Source: Malacoraja senta (Eukaryota). From it: a DNA stretch of 64,000 nt. The stretch spans positions 10,976,001 to 11,040,000 of the forward strand of contig CM075993.1 in NCBI GenBank assembly GCA_038087875.1, in the 5' to 3' direction. Position 1 is the stretch's first letter, and each line of letters starts with the position of its first letter. This document shows positions 24,750 to 37,795 of the stretch, piece after piece. The notes below the pieces were generated by a model that made no database searches, was not told where the DNA came from, and worked only from the letters and a program-made list of their open reading frames with translations. The position numbers and the translations under genes were made by a program.

Positions 24750-26817
24750 TACATCAGCCAATTACTCGTAGCGTTTATTGTTAAAATTTTATATTTACTT
24801 TGAGGCACAGCAGGTCTTCAAAAATAAATAGGGACTATAATTCTTAACAAAATCAACAGTTGCATATAGCTGGTAATCAATTTCCTGGCGCTAAGGACAG
24901 GAGCATTAACGAGCAAATGCGCTGATGCAGTGATTTTTCAGCCTGGTTCGCTCCGACACTGACCTACACCAACACATCAAGATTGAGGACAAGGAAATGG
25001 CAACTCATGTGTCGTTCGCCAGGTTTCCCAGAGCTCAGAGCGACCTGTTGCGCGACGGAAAAGGGCGAGTTGAATACCCCTGACAGGTAACCTGAAAAAA
25101 CGTGTCTTTTGTAAACATTTGTTGTCATTAAATATTAACTCCCTCATGCGACCCGTGTTTTGAATCAACGTGGGAACATTTAATACAACCAGCGTGTAAA
25201 TGTGGTGGATACATTTTTAGAATATATCCAGGCCAGGCGGTCTCTTTCACTTCCTCTGTACTCGATCTTGGTTTTTTTTTTAAACCCTCTGCCTTTGAAA
25301 GTCTCAACAGCTGTGAAATTAAATGCAGGTTCAATTTCAAACTAAAACGTTAATCTGACCCATTACAGCGACGGGGCCCATTTCTCTGTTCTACCCCGGC
25401 ACAACAACTCAAAATATTTAGCGCAAGCAAATTAATGGAACAAAATAACGAAGTCCCAATTGTGTATCATTTATGGTGTTGTTCAGTAAACAATGTTTAT
25501 TCCTTTAACCCTCCTCTCAAATCAATTCACAACGGACACCAGAATAATCAACAGCGCAGTGTTTATTGAGATCGGATGAAATCCGAACAATGGGTCTTTA
25601 TAACACTTGAAAATAAACAATGATCATGGAATTATAGCTCCTATTTATAGCTCTCTCTTTGACAAATTTGCAATTAATTGAACTCAACAATCAACTCTCA
25701 CACACACTATTCTGCCCCCCCTCCACACTCACACACAACACACACACACGAAGGCTAGATTGCATTTAAGACGATGTGCATCTTTTTTTTCGAGATTGTG
25801 TTTTATATACAGCAGAAACACACGATGAAAATATTTTGTCATGTTTCATAATCGTTAAATCCAGAGGGTTTAAAAAAAAAAAAAGTGCAATTAAAAAAAA
25901 GCAACAACGTTGAGACAAATAAATCTCGCAATTTGTCTGTTGCTGGAAATACATCTTACAGCTCGGACAGCTGGAAGTCAATAGAAGCAGTGTAGATCAG
26001 TATGTCGGCAAACTTAACCTGTAAAATAAGGGTAAACGTTACTTTATATCATACAGTGTTGACTGTATTACTTAGAAATTATCCCCAGCCCAGCCAAACA
26101 CCCATGTGTGCATGAAATTAGAATGTCAACACTTGATTCATGCTGTAAGGCTGTGACTGTGAAACAAATTATGTCAGTGGGTGGCAATTGCAATATTAGT
26201 CTAAGCAGATAACATATAGCAAAGGAGGACCCAGTCTGAAGGCTGCGAGGTTCCAGATTAATATGTCAAGATCACTGTTAGAGGGGGTTGGTCTTAGCCA
26301 AATTGCCTGCCACGAGTTAAAGTGCCGGAGCAAACAACAGATTTATAAACCTCCACACTACAGCTTTAAAAAAAAATTCTGGCCGGCTGATGCTTTAAAA
26401 AAAAAAGATGCTTCCAAACAAAGATTTTTTTCCTCTCTCGCCGAAACACTAGCAGTCAACCATTTGGACCTGCTTCACTTAACCAAGTAAAGACAATTGT
26501 TTGCAATCAATGCATGTAAAGGCTTTCACGGGGTTGCTAAGTGACAAGTGGTGTCAAGGTAAAAATGTCCGATTCGAAGCCGTGTTGGGAGCGGGAGTTT
26601 GTGGGGTGGGGGGGAAGTTAAACTGCCCGGGAACTCCTCCACTTCCAGCCCTCGCTGCTTCTCCTGGCTGTTCGCGGGTTCAATTCGTTCCGGCTCCACT
26701 TGCCCACACTCGCCGGTAAGTGTGTGTATTTAACAGTACTGCGCTCGAATGCAAACATTCAAACAAAACTCACACCCCGCGCACTGACCCAACCTCGACT
26801 AGTTCTGGACTGTCTCC

Positions 26818-26821
<4 letters not shown>

Positions 26822-26881
<60 letters not shown>
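26822..26881. repeat. (TA)n microsatellite
   Basis: About 30 TA units. Confidence 0.98.
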
Positions 26882-26882
<1 letters not shown>

Positions 26883-27422
26883 CTCGTTGATATTCTCTCC
26901 TCTTCACGCTCAAAACCCCAGCCTCGCTTTCTAGCTGCATGTCTGGGTTTAATGGGTACAGATTTCCTGTGGGTTGTTCTGAGCGGGTTGGTTCCTCTGC
27001 TCTCTGTGAAGTGCCCTAAATTCAAACCCCGGCCCAAAAAAACGAAACACCCCGAGCTACACTGAAAACCTGCCCGGAGACAATCAGCTTTCTTTCTTTC
27101 TTCTGGTGCTTTTTTTCTCTGCTCATTAGACGCATTGAGTGGAGAAGGCGCTCTGTTAGTAACACCCGCAGTGCCTTGACAGAAACGCTGACTCTGCTGA
27201 TGAATGGAAACACACACAATAACCTATCATCCACTTGATAACTGCTATTAAACGCGAAGCTGAAAGTGCGTCCTCATAGATTTTGGTTATATGTAATTAA
27301 AATGCAGTAACTTCGCTCGGCGACTCCGGCCTGAGTGATATGTCAGTTCCTTCACTGTCCACTGGATTAATTTAATTCTACAAGCGGCGATGAAGATCAG
27401 CTATTTTCACATTTCCAGGAGT

Positions 27423-27633
27423 GACACAGAAAGCTGGAGTAACTCAGCGGTCAGGCAGCATCTCTGGGGAGAAGGGAATAGGTGACGTTTCGGGTCGAGT
27501 CACTTCTTCATTTTCCAGGGGATAAGTTTACTGTGACTGAAGAAGGGTCCAGATCCGAAACTTCTCCCATCCTTTTCCTCCAGAGATGCTGCCTGATCAA
27601 TGGAGTTACTCCACCACCTTGTATCTATCTTCG
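27423..27633. mobile_element. Penelope-like inverted repeat pair
   Basis: GACACAGAAAGCTGGAGTAACTCAGC... and its reverse complement ...GAGTTACTCCACCACCTTGTATCTATCTTCG. Confidence 0.65.
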
Positions 27634-27639
27634 ATTTAC

Positions 27640-27915
27640 GTAGTTTAATTTAGTTTACAGCGAGGAAATAGGGCCTAAGGCCGACCGAGCGCACTCCGAC
27701 CAACGTGCACTAGTTCTATGTTGCAGGACAATTTTACAGAAGCCAATTCACCTACAAACCTGCACGTCTTTGGAGTGTGGGAGGAAACCAGAGCACCCGG
27801 AGAAAAACCCACGCAGGTCACGGGAGAACGTACAGACTCCGTACAGACAGCACCCGTAGTCAGGATCGAACCAGGGTCTCTGGCGATAGAGGTGGCAACT
27901 GTACCGCTGCGCCAC
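27640..27915 (-). mobile_element. HE1-like V-SINE
   Basis: Reverse-complement SINE consensus with (TTTAG) tail. Confidence 0.8.
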
Positions 27916-28529
27916 CTGTGCACCCATCTGCCAAATGTTGCGGCGCCGGTGGTGGCCTTACAAACGTCACAGCGGGTACGTTGTCACTGGGTCTTCCTGC
28001 AGATCATCAGCAGTTGTTCATTCACACCACAGGCAACGGAGCCCCCAGGATATCCCTGTTCCTTCTTTATGGTCCATTCAAGCCCCCTCTCTCTCCAACG
28101 ACCGGATCCCAGTCTGAAGAAGGGTCTCGGCCCGAAAAGTCACCCATTCCTTCTCTCCAGAGATGCTGCCTGTCCCGCTGAGTTACTCCAGCTTTTTGTG
28201 TCTATCTTTGATTTAAACCAGCATCTGCAGTTCCTTCCTGCACATCCCCCTCTGGATTAGAACATAGAACATAAATCTGTGCACCACACGAACAGGCCTT
28301 TCGGCCCACAATGTTCGTCCCGAACACGATGCCAAGTTAAACTACTTTGTAAACCAGCACCTACATTAAACTAGTCTCCTCTGCCTGTTGATGCCGATTA
28401 GCCTCAACTAGACCCGATGCCCGCCGGTTCTATATTCTCGCCCATAAGAAGTTTATCCCGGACTATATTGGATTTATTAGCAAGTATCTTATGACTTAGA
28501 AACAGTTAGACAGGTATCTTTACTCGTTT

Positions 28530-28920
28530 GATCGTGTACCAAATCATGGAAGGAATAAATCGGGTAAACGCACATAGTCTCCTGCCCAGAGTAGGGGATT
28601 CGACAACCAGTTGACTTAGGTTTAAGGAGGGGAGGTGGGGAGGGGGTGGGGGGGGGGGGGGCGGAGATTCAATAGGAACCTGAGGGGAAACTTTTCCATT
28701 CAAAGGGTGGTGGGTGTATGGAACGAACTGCCAGAGGAGGTAGTTGAGGCAGCGACTAGTGCAAATTTAAACAGGTAGGGAGGTATGGCCCAAACGCAGG
28801 TAGGTGGGACCAAAGATCATAGAGCGCCCATAATCTTTGGGTGGGACTAGTGTAGATGGGGTATGTTGGGCTGTGTCGGCACGTTGGGCCGAAGGGCCTG
28901 TTTCCATGCTGTATGACTCT
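28530..28920 (+). mobile_element. CR1 LINE 3' end containing a 29-bp TIR remnant
   Basis: GGGTGGTGGGTGTATGGAACGAACTGCCAGAGGAGG and tail GGGCCGAAGGGCCTGTTTCCATGCTGTATGACTC. Confidence 0.8.
28811..28839. mobile_element. 29-bp DNA-transposon remnant (putative excision footprint) with 8-bp TSD GGTGGGAC
   Basis: GGTGGGAC-CAAAGATCATAGAGCGCCCATAATCTTTG-GGTGGGAC; termini match the element at 57003-57398. Confidence 0.75.
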
Positions 28921-29324
28921 GAATTAAATGCACAAAAAGAAAATCTGGAGTGTGTAGTTCTTTACACCGCTGGTTTAAACTGAAGATAGACACAAAAAGC
29001 TGGAGTAACTCAGCGGGCCAGGCAGCATCTCTGGAGAGAAGGAATGGGTGACGTTTCGGGTCCAGACCCTTCTTCAGGAGTTGAAGTTGTCCCACGCTTT
29101 AGCGTCACCTGTTAAATTGGCCAACAAGTCAGAGGTGGCCCAAACGCAAAACGGGAGAGTAATGGAGAAAGGATAAACTGGGAGAATGGCCAGAGCTAAT
29201 AAAAACAATAGCTAGTTCATAGGATCTTTCACAAAGCTAACACCCCCCGACCACCGAGAGCGTGACACACTACTGGCGATGTTGGAAACGTAAACCATTC
29301 GGCAGGTCGGGCAGCATCTACAGT

Positions 29325-29690
29325 GGGAGGGAGGGAGAGAGAGAAGGAGAGAGAGGGGAGAGAGATAGCGGTAAATAGATAGAGAGAGGTAGGGATAGAG
29401 AAAGAGGGAGGGATGGAAATAGAGAGAGATAGAGAGGGTGGGGTGGTGGTGGGTGGGGGGGGGGGGAGAGAGAGGCCGAGAGGAGGGAGATAGATTGGGA
29501 GAGAGAGGAGAGAGGGAGGGAGGGAGGGAGGGAGAGAGAGAGGGGGAGGGAGAGAGAGAGAGGGGGAGGCAGAGGGAGAGAGGGAGGGAGAGAGGAGAAG
29601 ATGAGAGAGGAAGGGATAGAGGAGAGAGAGAGAGGGGGAGGCAGAGGGAGAGAGAGTGAGAGAGAAGGAGATGGAGAGAGAGAGAGAACA
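29325..29690. repeat. GA-rich polypurine low-complexity tract
   Basis: Directly visible. Confidence 0.9.
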
Positions 29691-30089
29691 TCAATATATA
29701 AGAGCAACGAGCTTTCAACAAATAATTTACCAAATAGCTTTCTGACAGGTTATGAGATTGTATCAAATAACAATGTTCATGGAATACCAAGTGCAGAACA
29801 TTAATCACCAAATAAATCACGAAATACCATCACATTAATATAATTGGTCATTTAATATTTGAAGTAGCAACTGACGGAGTTGTCTTGCACGCCGGCCTCT
29901 GTCGCTGCTGGAGCCGGGGACTTGTGCTGTGGACGAGGTGTCGGTCTGGGAGCGGATATTGTCCACCTGGGGACAGATGGACGCGGCATCGGAATGTGAA
30001 CCTCGTCGCTTGGAGTCCGAATTTCATAGCTGGGGTACACATGGAGTTATGTGGAAATTCATTAAGTCTTAAAGCTCCTGAGACTCATC

Positions 30090-30500
<411 letters not shown>

Positions 30501-31749
30501 AGCTGGCGAAAAGAGGGGGTGAAGAGGGGGTGAAGAGAGAACGGAATGTGGTACTTTAAATAAAATGCGCGGAAGACATTAAAATTTGCCACATTGCTCA
30601 TTGCTTTTTTAATAAGTGTTTTTCAGATTCATAAACATACTCCACTGCCCTTCCTAGTCTTCCCGAGGTGTTCGCGTGGTGTGGGCCGACGAGGCGGGAC
30701 TTCAGATCCTGTGATACTCAATCCATGCCGGGGCTCCCTTGGAGTTACCTCAGTGGTATCCCAACTCCGTTTCATCATTTGGGGGAAATTGACCTTAGGA
30801 TGGTGCGTTTAGTGGGGAAACACCAGCTTAATGGGTGACACCAAAGTTGGGATGTGACTTCAGATATTAAACACAATTTGGCCATAAAGGGGATAATTTA
30901 AAATCACCAGGGAAGGTTACTAAATAACAAGACGCCAGTGATTTTCCACTGTATTCTACATTCTTCCTTTAACAGCGTCCCATTTGATATCGCGTTTTCA
31001 CACCTTACCCTTCCATATATCTATATCTGCCTCTCAGTCTGAAGAAGGGTCTCGACCCGAAACGTCGCCCATTGCTTCTCTCCATTGATGCTACCTGACC
31101 CCGCTGAGTTACTCTAGCAACGTGTGCCTAATAAAGGCAAAAAGGAGATTGTAGTTCAAATATTAGATTAGATAATTCATAAATAAATCGCCGGGGTACA
31201 AAGAAAACACAACTCATTAAAGACTAAGACAAAAAGAGTATCTAAATATTCCTATTAGTATTTAAAATAATCTGTTTAATATTTCAGTTCTTGAGGGACG
31301 CGGTGGGAGATGATATGACAGAATAAACGAGCCTATGCTCACACTTCAGGAAGCGACAGAACACTGAACGGGACAGGAGCAGGACACAGAGAAAGGATTA
31401 ATTATCGAGGCCGCCTTCAACGCCGCTTCTTTTTGTGTCTCCCATACGTTTTCTTCAGCAGATTTTTCCTGTCCCAATTTTCGCACATTTCAACCGCCGT
31501 TTTCCAAGACGAGTAGCGGTGTCTAGGGTAAGGATCCTGCCGAGGAAACCTGACCATTAATCAGCTGCATGTCAGGATGTTACCGAACTGATGGATCGAT
31601 CGCCGGTTGCAAGATTTGAATATTCTTGGAGAGTTTTTTTTTTTTGGAGGGGAAAAAAAAAAACTCTTTCAATTTTCAATTTGATTCTGGGCTTTGCTTT
31701 GGTGAAGATATCCCTGCTCAGCCGCTGTGCTATCTAGGGCACTCTATTC

Positions 31750-32360
31750 TTGTGTAGGGAGGAACTGCAGATGCTGGTTTAAACCGAAGGTAGACACAAA
31801 ATGCTGGTGTAACTCAGCGGGGCAGGCAGCATCTCTAGAGGAAAAAATAATAGGTGATGTTTCGGTTTAAGACCCTTCTTGAGACTCGACCCGAAACAAA
31901 CATCACCCGCTACTTCTATCCAGAGACGCTGCCTGACCCGCTGAGTTACTCCAGCACTTTGTACAAACTCCGTACAGGCAGCACCCGTGGTCAGGATCAA
32001 ACCTGATTCTCTGGCGCTGTAAGGCAGCAACTCTACAGCTGCGCCACCGCCGCTAGAAGTGCTGGAATAACTCAGCGGGTCAGGCAGCATCTGCGGAATA
32101 CATGGATAGGCGACGTTTCAGGTCGGGACCATTCATCTCCTTAAATAAATAAGTAAGATAGACACAAAATGCTGGAGCCACTCGGAGGGACAGGCAGCAT
32201 CTCTGGAGAAAAGGAATAGGTGATATTTCAGGTCTCCTGAGGATCTCGTCCGGAAATGTCACCCATTCCTTCTCTCCAGAGATGCCGCCTGTCCCGTTGA
32301 GTTACTCCGGCATTTTGTGTCTATTTTGGGTGTAAACCAGCATCTGCAGTTCCTTCCTAA
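31750..32360. mobile_element. Cluster of Penelope-like inverted pairs plus a V-SINE head
   Basis: Repeated CTCAGCGGG...GCAGCATCTCT modules in both orientations; SINE head on the minus strand at about 31960-32050. Confidence 0.65.
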
Positions 32361-33951
32361 ATAAATAGATTCAGAATAAAACATCCGTTGGGAATAATTT
32401 CCATTTAGCAGATTAAAGAAATCAACAACAACTTCACAATTCAGGCGCAGAATAATATTTGAACTGACCGCATCAAACGCAAAGAATTAGGATCACCTCC
32501 GTTGGATGGAATGGATAATTAATCCAGTTAAAGAAATACAATTAATGTTCATAAGTATTAGGAGCAGAATTAGGCCATGCGGCCCATCAAGCCTACTCCG
32601 CCATTCAATCATGGCTGATCTATCTCTCCCACCTAACCCCATTCTCCTGCCTTCTCCCCATAACCTCTGACAGCCGTACTAATCGAAGCACTGTACCTGT
32701 CTTTCCTTGGTCTCCTCATTGATAGGTAGCCCCGGCATCATCCCTCTCTCTATCCGTCCCCCACCCAAGTCTCACCAGTTTCTCGTTTTCACCCAACTAA
32801 CAACTTACAATGGCTTGCTTCCTTTATCATCGTTACTTGTTTTGCCTATCTTTCATTCATTGTTCTTTACCTCTCCACATCTCCACATCTCTCGTCGTCT
32901 ATATCTCTCGTATCCCGTATCCCTAACCAGTCTAAAGAATGGTCTGGACCCGAAACGTCACCCATTCCTTCTCTCCAGAGATGCTGCCTGTCCCGCTGAG
33001 TTACTCCAGCTTTTTGTGTTTATCTATTGTACTGTTAGCGATGGTTGAAGGAAGCACTTCATCCCATCCTCTCAAAACCTCCTTCAGGGGAAGAGGGAGA
33101 TGTATCATTACCCATCCCGGTGCGAAATGGTTTCGATTCCATTATATCTAAATGGCCAGCGCTTCACGAGGAGCGGCGGGTGCTGGAATCTTGAGTCCAA
33201 TATAAAGTGCTAGAGGAACTCAGCGAGTTAGGCAGGGGCCTTCCGGGTTGGGACCCTTCTACAGACCGATTGGTGTGAGAATTGGGAGGAAGCTGGAAAA
33301 TAAAGGTAGGGGTGGGTCTGAAGAAGGGTCTCGAACCGAAATGCCACCTATTCCTTTCCTCCAGAGATGCTGCCGGACCCGCTGAGTTACTCCAGCTTTT
33401 TGTGCCTATCTCGGGTTGGGACAATGTTCAAGAAGGAACTGCAGATGCTGGAAAATCGAATGTAGACAAAAATGCTGGAGAAACTCAGCGGGTGCAGCAG
33501 CATCTATGGAGCGAAGGAAATAGGCAACGTTTCGGGCCGAGCAAGCCTGGCAAGTGATAGATTTTTTTAAATCTCTCTATATCGCCGTCTACATATCTCG
33601 TTTCCCTTTCCCCATATCCCGGACTCTCAGTCTGAAGAAGGGTCACGACCCAAAACGCCACCTATTCCCTTTCTCCACAGATGCTGCCTGACCCGCTGAG
33701 CTACTCTAGCTTTTGGTGTCTATCTTAGGTGGATGGGAGAGCGGTTTCTGGTTGAGGCCTGGAGACCGGGAGGTCAGTGGCGGAGGCGTTTACTCAAGGA
33801 ATGAACAGTTGTATTGGCAGTTCGGCGCAGTTCACGCCAGTACAGCCCAGCGGCGGCGACGGGCGGTGGGAATGCCCCGTGTTACCCGTTTCAACGCAGG
33901 CCGGCGCCGCTCACTCCCGGCACATTCTTGCCGTGCCTCTCCTCTGTGTCT

Positions 33952-34437
33952 CAATAGACAATAGACAATAGACAATAGACAATAGACAATAGACAATACA
34001 CAATAGACAATAGGTGCAGGAGTAGGCCATTTGGCCCTTCGAGCCAGCACCGCCATTCAATGTGATCGTGGCTGTTCATCCCCAATCAGTACCCCGTTCC
34101 TGCCTTCTCCCCATATCCCCTGACTCCGCTATTTTTAAGAGCCCTATCTAGCTCTCTCTTGAAAGCATCCAGAGAACCCGCCTCCACCGCCCTCTGAGGC
34201 AGAGAATTCCACAGACTCACCACTCTCTGTGAGAAAAAGTGTTTCCTCGTCTCCGTTCTAAATGGCTTACCCCTTATTCTTAAACTGTGGCCCCTGGTTC
34301 TGGACTCCCCCAACATCGGGAACATGTTTCCTGCCTCTTGTGTGTCCAAGCCCTTAACAATCTTATATGTTTCAATAAGATACCCTCTCATCCTTCTAAA
34401 CTCCAGAGTGTACAAGCCCAGCTGCTCCATTCTCTCA
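33952..34437 (-). mobile_element. CR1 LINE 3' end with (TATTGTC)n tail
   Basis: ORF LGLYTLEFRRMRGYLIETYKIVKG...SQRVVSLWNSLPQ; (AATAGAC)n at 33952-34012. Confidence 0.9.
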
Positions 34438-35414
34438 GTATCTCGCCTCAGGACCTATTGACATCGGGGCCCTCTGACTCCAGAACCTCTGACCTACGGG
34501 AAGTCATTGATCTCAGGACCCCTTGACCTCGGGTCCCATTCTCACCAGCACCCTCCTATCCTGCATTTGACTCTCGAGCAGCGCCGGGATGTAAAACCCG
34601 GAACCCCAGCCCAGAACGACGGGTGAATGGGGTTAGGAGGGAGAGATAGATCAGCCACGATTGAATGGCGGAGTAGACTTGATGGGCCGAATGGCCGAAC
34701 TCTGTTCCTATCACTTGTGATAACGACAATCCCCCCTCTCCACAGTGGTCCCGGCCCCACAACCAGTGTCCCGCCTCGGCTGAGAGACGCGGGCAAGCGT
34801 GGCATCGATTCCAAATTCCACCAGGCCGATAGATGCCGGCGGTGCCATCGTTGTCCAACGCGCAGCGGGGACTCGGGAAGATCCGCTGCCTACAGTGGCT
34901 CTGGGAAGCACCCCAACGGGCACCGCGTATGTTGGAAGGGACTTTATTCCCTGGAGCGCATGAGGATGAGGGGTGGTTACACAATCATGAAAGGAATAGA
35001 TCGGGTAGATCACTTGTCCAGAGTAGGTGAAGGAATGAAGTCGCAGCCTCCTCAACCTCTCCCTATAACTCACACCCTCCAGTCGTGGCGACATCTTCGT
35101 GAATCATCTCCGCACATGTTCCAGTTTGGCAGCATCTTTCCTATAACGCGGTGACCACAACTGGACACAGTGCTCTTAATGTGGCCTCGCCAACGTCTTC
35201 GGACATAGAACAGCACAGCACGGGTCAGGCCGTTCGACCCACAATATCCAACCACCAGAGGAATTAGGTTTAAGGTGAGGAGGGGGATTTAATACGAATC
35301 TGATGGGTAACTTTAACAGCAAGGGTGGTGGGTGTATGGAACGAGCTGCCGGAGGAGGTAGTTGAGGCAGGGACTATCGCAACGTTTAAGAAGCATTTAG
35401 ATACGTTCATGTTT

Positions 35415-35590
35415 AAGAAGGAACTGCAGATGCTGGAAAAATCGAAGGTAGACACAAATGCTGGAGAAACTCAGCGGGTGAGGCAGCGTCTATGGAGCGA
35501 AGGAGTGTCTCGACCCGAAACGTCACCTATTCCTTCGCTCCATAGATGCTGTCTCACCCGCTGAGTTTCTCCGGCATTTTTGTCTACCTT
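35415..35590. mobile_element. Penelope-like fold-back pair (arms of about 60 bp)
   Basis: AAGGTAGACACAAATGCTGGAGAAACTCAGCGGGTGAGG... versus ...CTCACCCGCTGAGTTTCTCCGGCATTTTTGTCTACCTT. Confidence 0.75.
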
Positions 35591-36110
35591 AGAGAGACAC
35601 GTGGATAGGATAGGTTTAGAGGGATGTGGGCTAAACGCAGCCAAATGGGACTAGTGTAGCTGGGGCATTTTGGGCGGCGTGGGCAAGTTAGGCCGAAGGG
35701 CCTGTTTTCGCGCTGTGTGAATCTGTACGTGGGAAGGAACCTCAGATGGTGGTTTGCACACAAATTGCTGGAGTAACTGAGTGGGTCAGGCAGCATCTCT
35801 GGAGAGACGGAATAGGTGACCATTCTTCAGACTGAGAAGGGTTGCGACCCGAAACATGACCTATTGCTTTTCTCCAGAGATGCTGCCTGACCCGCTGAGT
35901 TACTCCAGCGTTGTGTGTCTGAACAACTCTGTGTTCTAAACGGAAAATACTCAGCTGCGTGTTTAACCTCTGCGGTCGGAGATGGACATAAAATGCTGGA
36001 GAATCTCAGCGGGACTGGCAGCATCTCTGGAGAGAAGGGATGGGTGGTATTTCGGGTCGAGACCCTTCTTCAGACTGGTCACTTCGATATTCCGTTTAAA
36101 CCAGCGTTTA

Positions 36111-36426
36111 AGGGCGGCACGGCGGCGCAGCGGTAGAGTTGCTGCCTTACAGCGCTTGCGGCGCCGGGAAACCGGGTTCGATCCTGACTACGGGACCTGT
36201 CTGTACGGAGTTTGTACGTTCTCTCTGTGACCCGCGTGGGTTTTCTCCGAGATCTTCGGTTTCCACCCACAATCCAAAGACGTACAGGTTTGTAGGTTAA
36301 TTGGCTTGGTATAAATGTAAATTGTCCCTAGTGTGTGTAGGATAGTGTTAATGTGCGGCGCGGACCCGGTGGGCCGAAGGGCCTGTTTCTGCGCTCTATC
36401 TCTGAACTAAACGAAACGAAACTAAA
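36111..36426 (+). mobile_element. HE1-like V-SINE, full length
   Basis: A-box-like CGGCGCAGCGG, B box GGTTCGATCC, V core, (CTAAA)-like tail. Confidence 0.87.
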
Positions 36427-36869
36427 TCAGCAGTTCCTTCCAACACAGAGAAACAGACTGGATGTTCCCTGTGGGAAAGCCGTGGTCAGTCAGGTGGCGA
36501 GCGTGAGGCGGCGTCTGTGTAGCGACGGGCAGGGGTGTTGGTCACACTGTGGGGCGGCGGCTCACCAGGTGTGGACCAAGCAACATCTGGAACGGACATT
36601 TGATCCTTTGTGCAACATATAGTCCCAGAAACTCAACCTCATCAAAGGCGAGAGCGAATTTGATTGAAGTACAAAGATTGTGGTTCAGCGCAGCCTTTAC
36701 TTAACATGGAAAAACAATAGACAATAGGTGCAGGAGTAGGCCATTCGGCCCTTCGAGCCAGCGCCGCCATTCAATATGATCATGGCTGATCATCCAGAAT
36801 CAATACCCTGTTCCTGCTTATTCCCCATATCCCATGATTCACTTAGCTCCAAGAGCTATATGTAACTCT

Positions 36870-37127
36870 AGTTTAGAGATGCGGCGTGGAAACAGGCCCT
36901 TCGGCCCACTGATTCCGCTCCATACTACACACTAGGGACAATTTACTAATTTACTATTAACCCACGAACCTGTACGTTTTTGCAGTGTGGGCGGAAACCG
37001 GAGCACCCGGAGAAAACCCATGCAGGTCACGGGGAGAATGTACAAACTCCATACAGACAGCACCCGTAGTCGGGATCGAACCTGGGTCTCTGGCGCTGTG
37101 AGGCTGCAACTCTACCGCTGCGCCACC
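36870..37127 (-). mobile_element. HE1-like V-SINE
   Basis: Reverse-complement SINE consensus. Confidence 0.8.
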
Positions 37128-37259
37128 AGCCGATGTTGTGTGCACCGATTTTCCAAAGGCATTCATTGATGCCAGAATCGGAGAATTAAAAGCCACGGGG
37201 CTCGGGGAACAGCGGGGGTATCTGGGGAACACAACCCGGGAACATTGCAAAACCTCGAA

Positions 37260-37795
37260 GTTGGACACAAAAAGCTGGAGTAACTCAGCGGGACAGGCAG
37301 CATCTCTGGAGAGAAGGAATGAATGACGTATATATACGTGTGTGTGTGTATTATATGTGTGTGTGTGTGTGTGTGTGTACTTAATATACACACACACACA
37401 TTTTAATAAATATATACACAGAACATTTTCTTCTCATTTATCATATTGTTCACGCTTTACAATGTACTATGTTTACATATTCTGTTGTCATATTCAAGTC
37501 AAAATGTCATTGTTCAGACAGAGAGTCAGGAGAGAGGGAGATACAGAGATAAGGAAGGTAATGTGTGAAAACGAAACATCAAAGGGGATTTAGTTCAAGG
37601 TAAAAGTGGTAATAGATCATTGTTAGCTGGGAGAAGTTGACAATGAAGCATACAGAGATAAAATATAATCAGGGTGGGGGCAGTCAGAACTGAGAAGGGG
37701 GGGGGTGGAGAGAGAGGGGAAGCAAATGTTACTTGAAGCTCGAGAAGTCAATATTCATACCGCTGGGGTGTAAGCTGCCCAAGCGAAACATGAGA
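37260..37795 (-). mobile_element. Penelope-like element 3' end (GIY-YIG C-terminus, UTR and terminal repeat), interrupted at about 37330-37512
   Basis: Minus strand LMFRLGSLHPSGMNIDFSSFK* (stop 37729), followed by the UTR leading to CCTGACTCTCTGTCTGAA and the abundant repeat module. Confidence 0.75.

Noticed and set aside
29219..29230. ATAGGATCTTT resembling the right TIR of the 57003 element
   Set aside because: Lacks the terminal G, a partner end and a TSD; could be chance.
31750..33725. Repeat-spacer appearance resembling a CRISPR array
   Set aside because: Vertebrate DNA; repeats are long, irregular, in both orientations and Penelope-derived; no cas genes.
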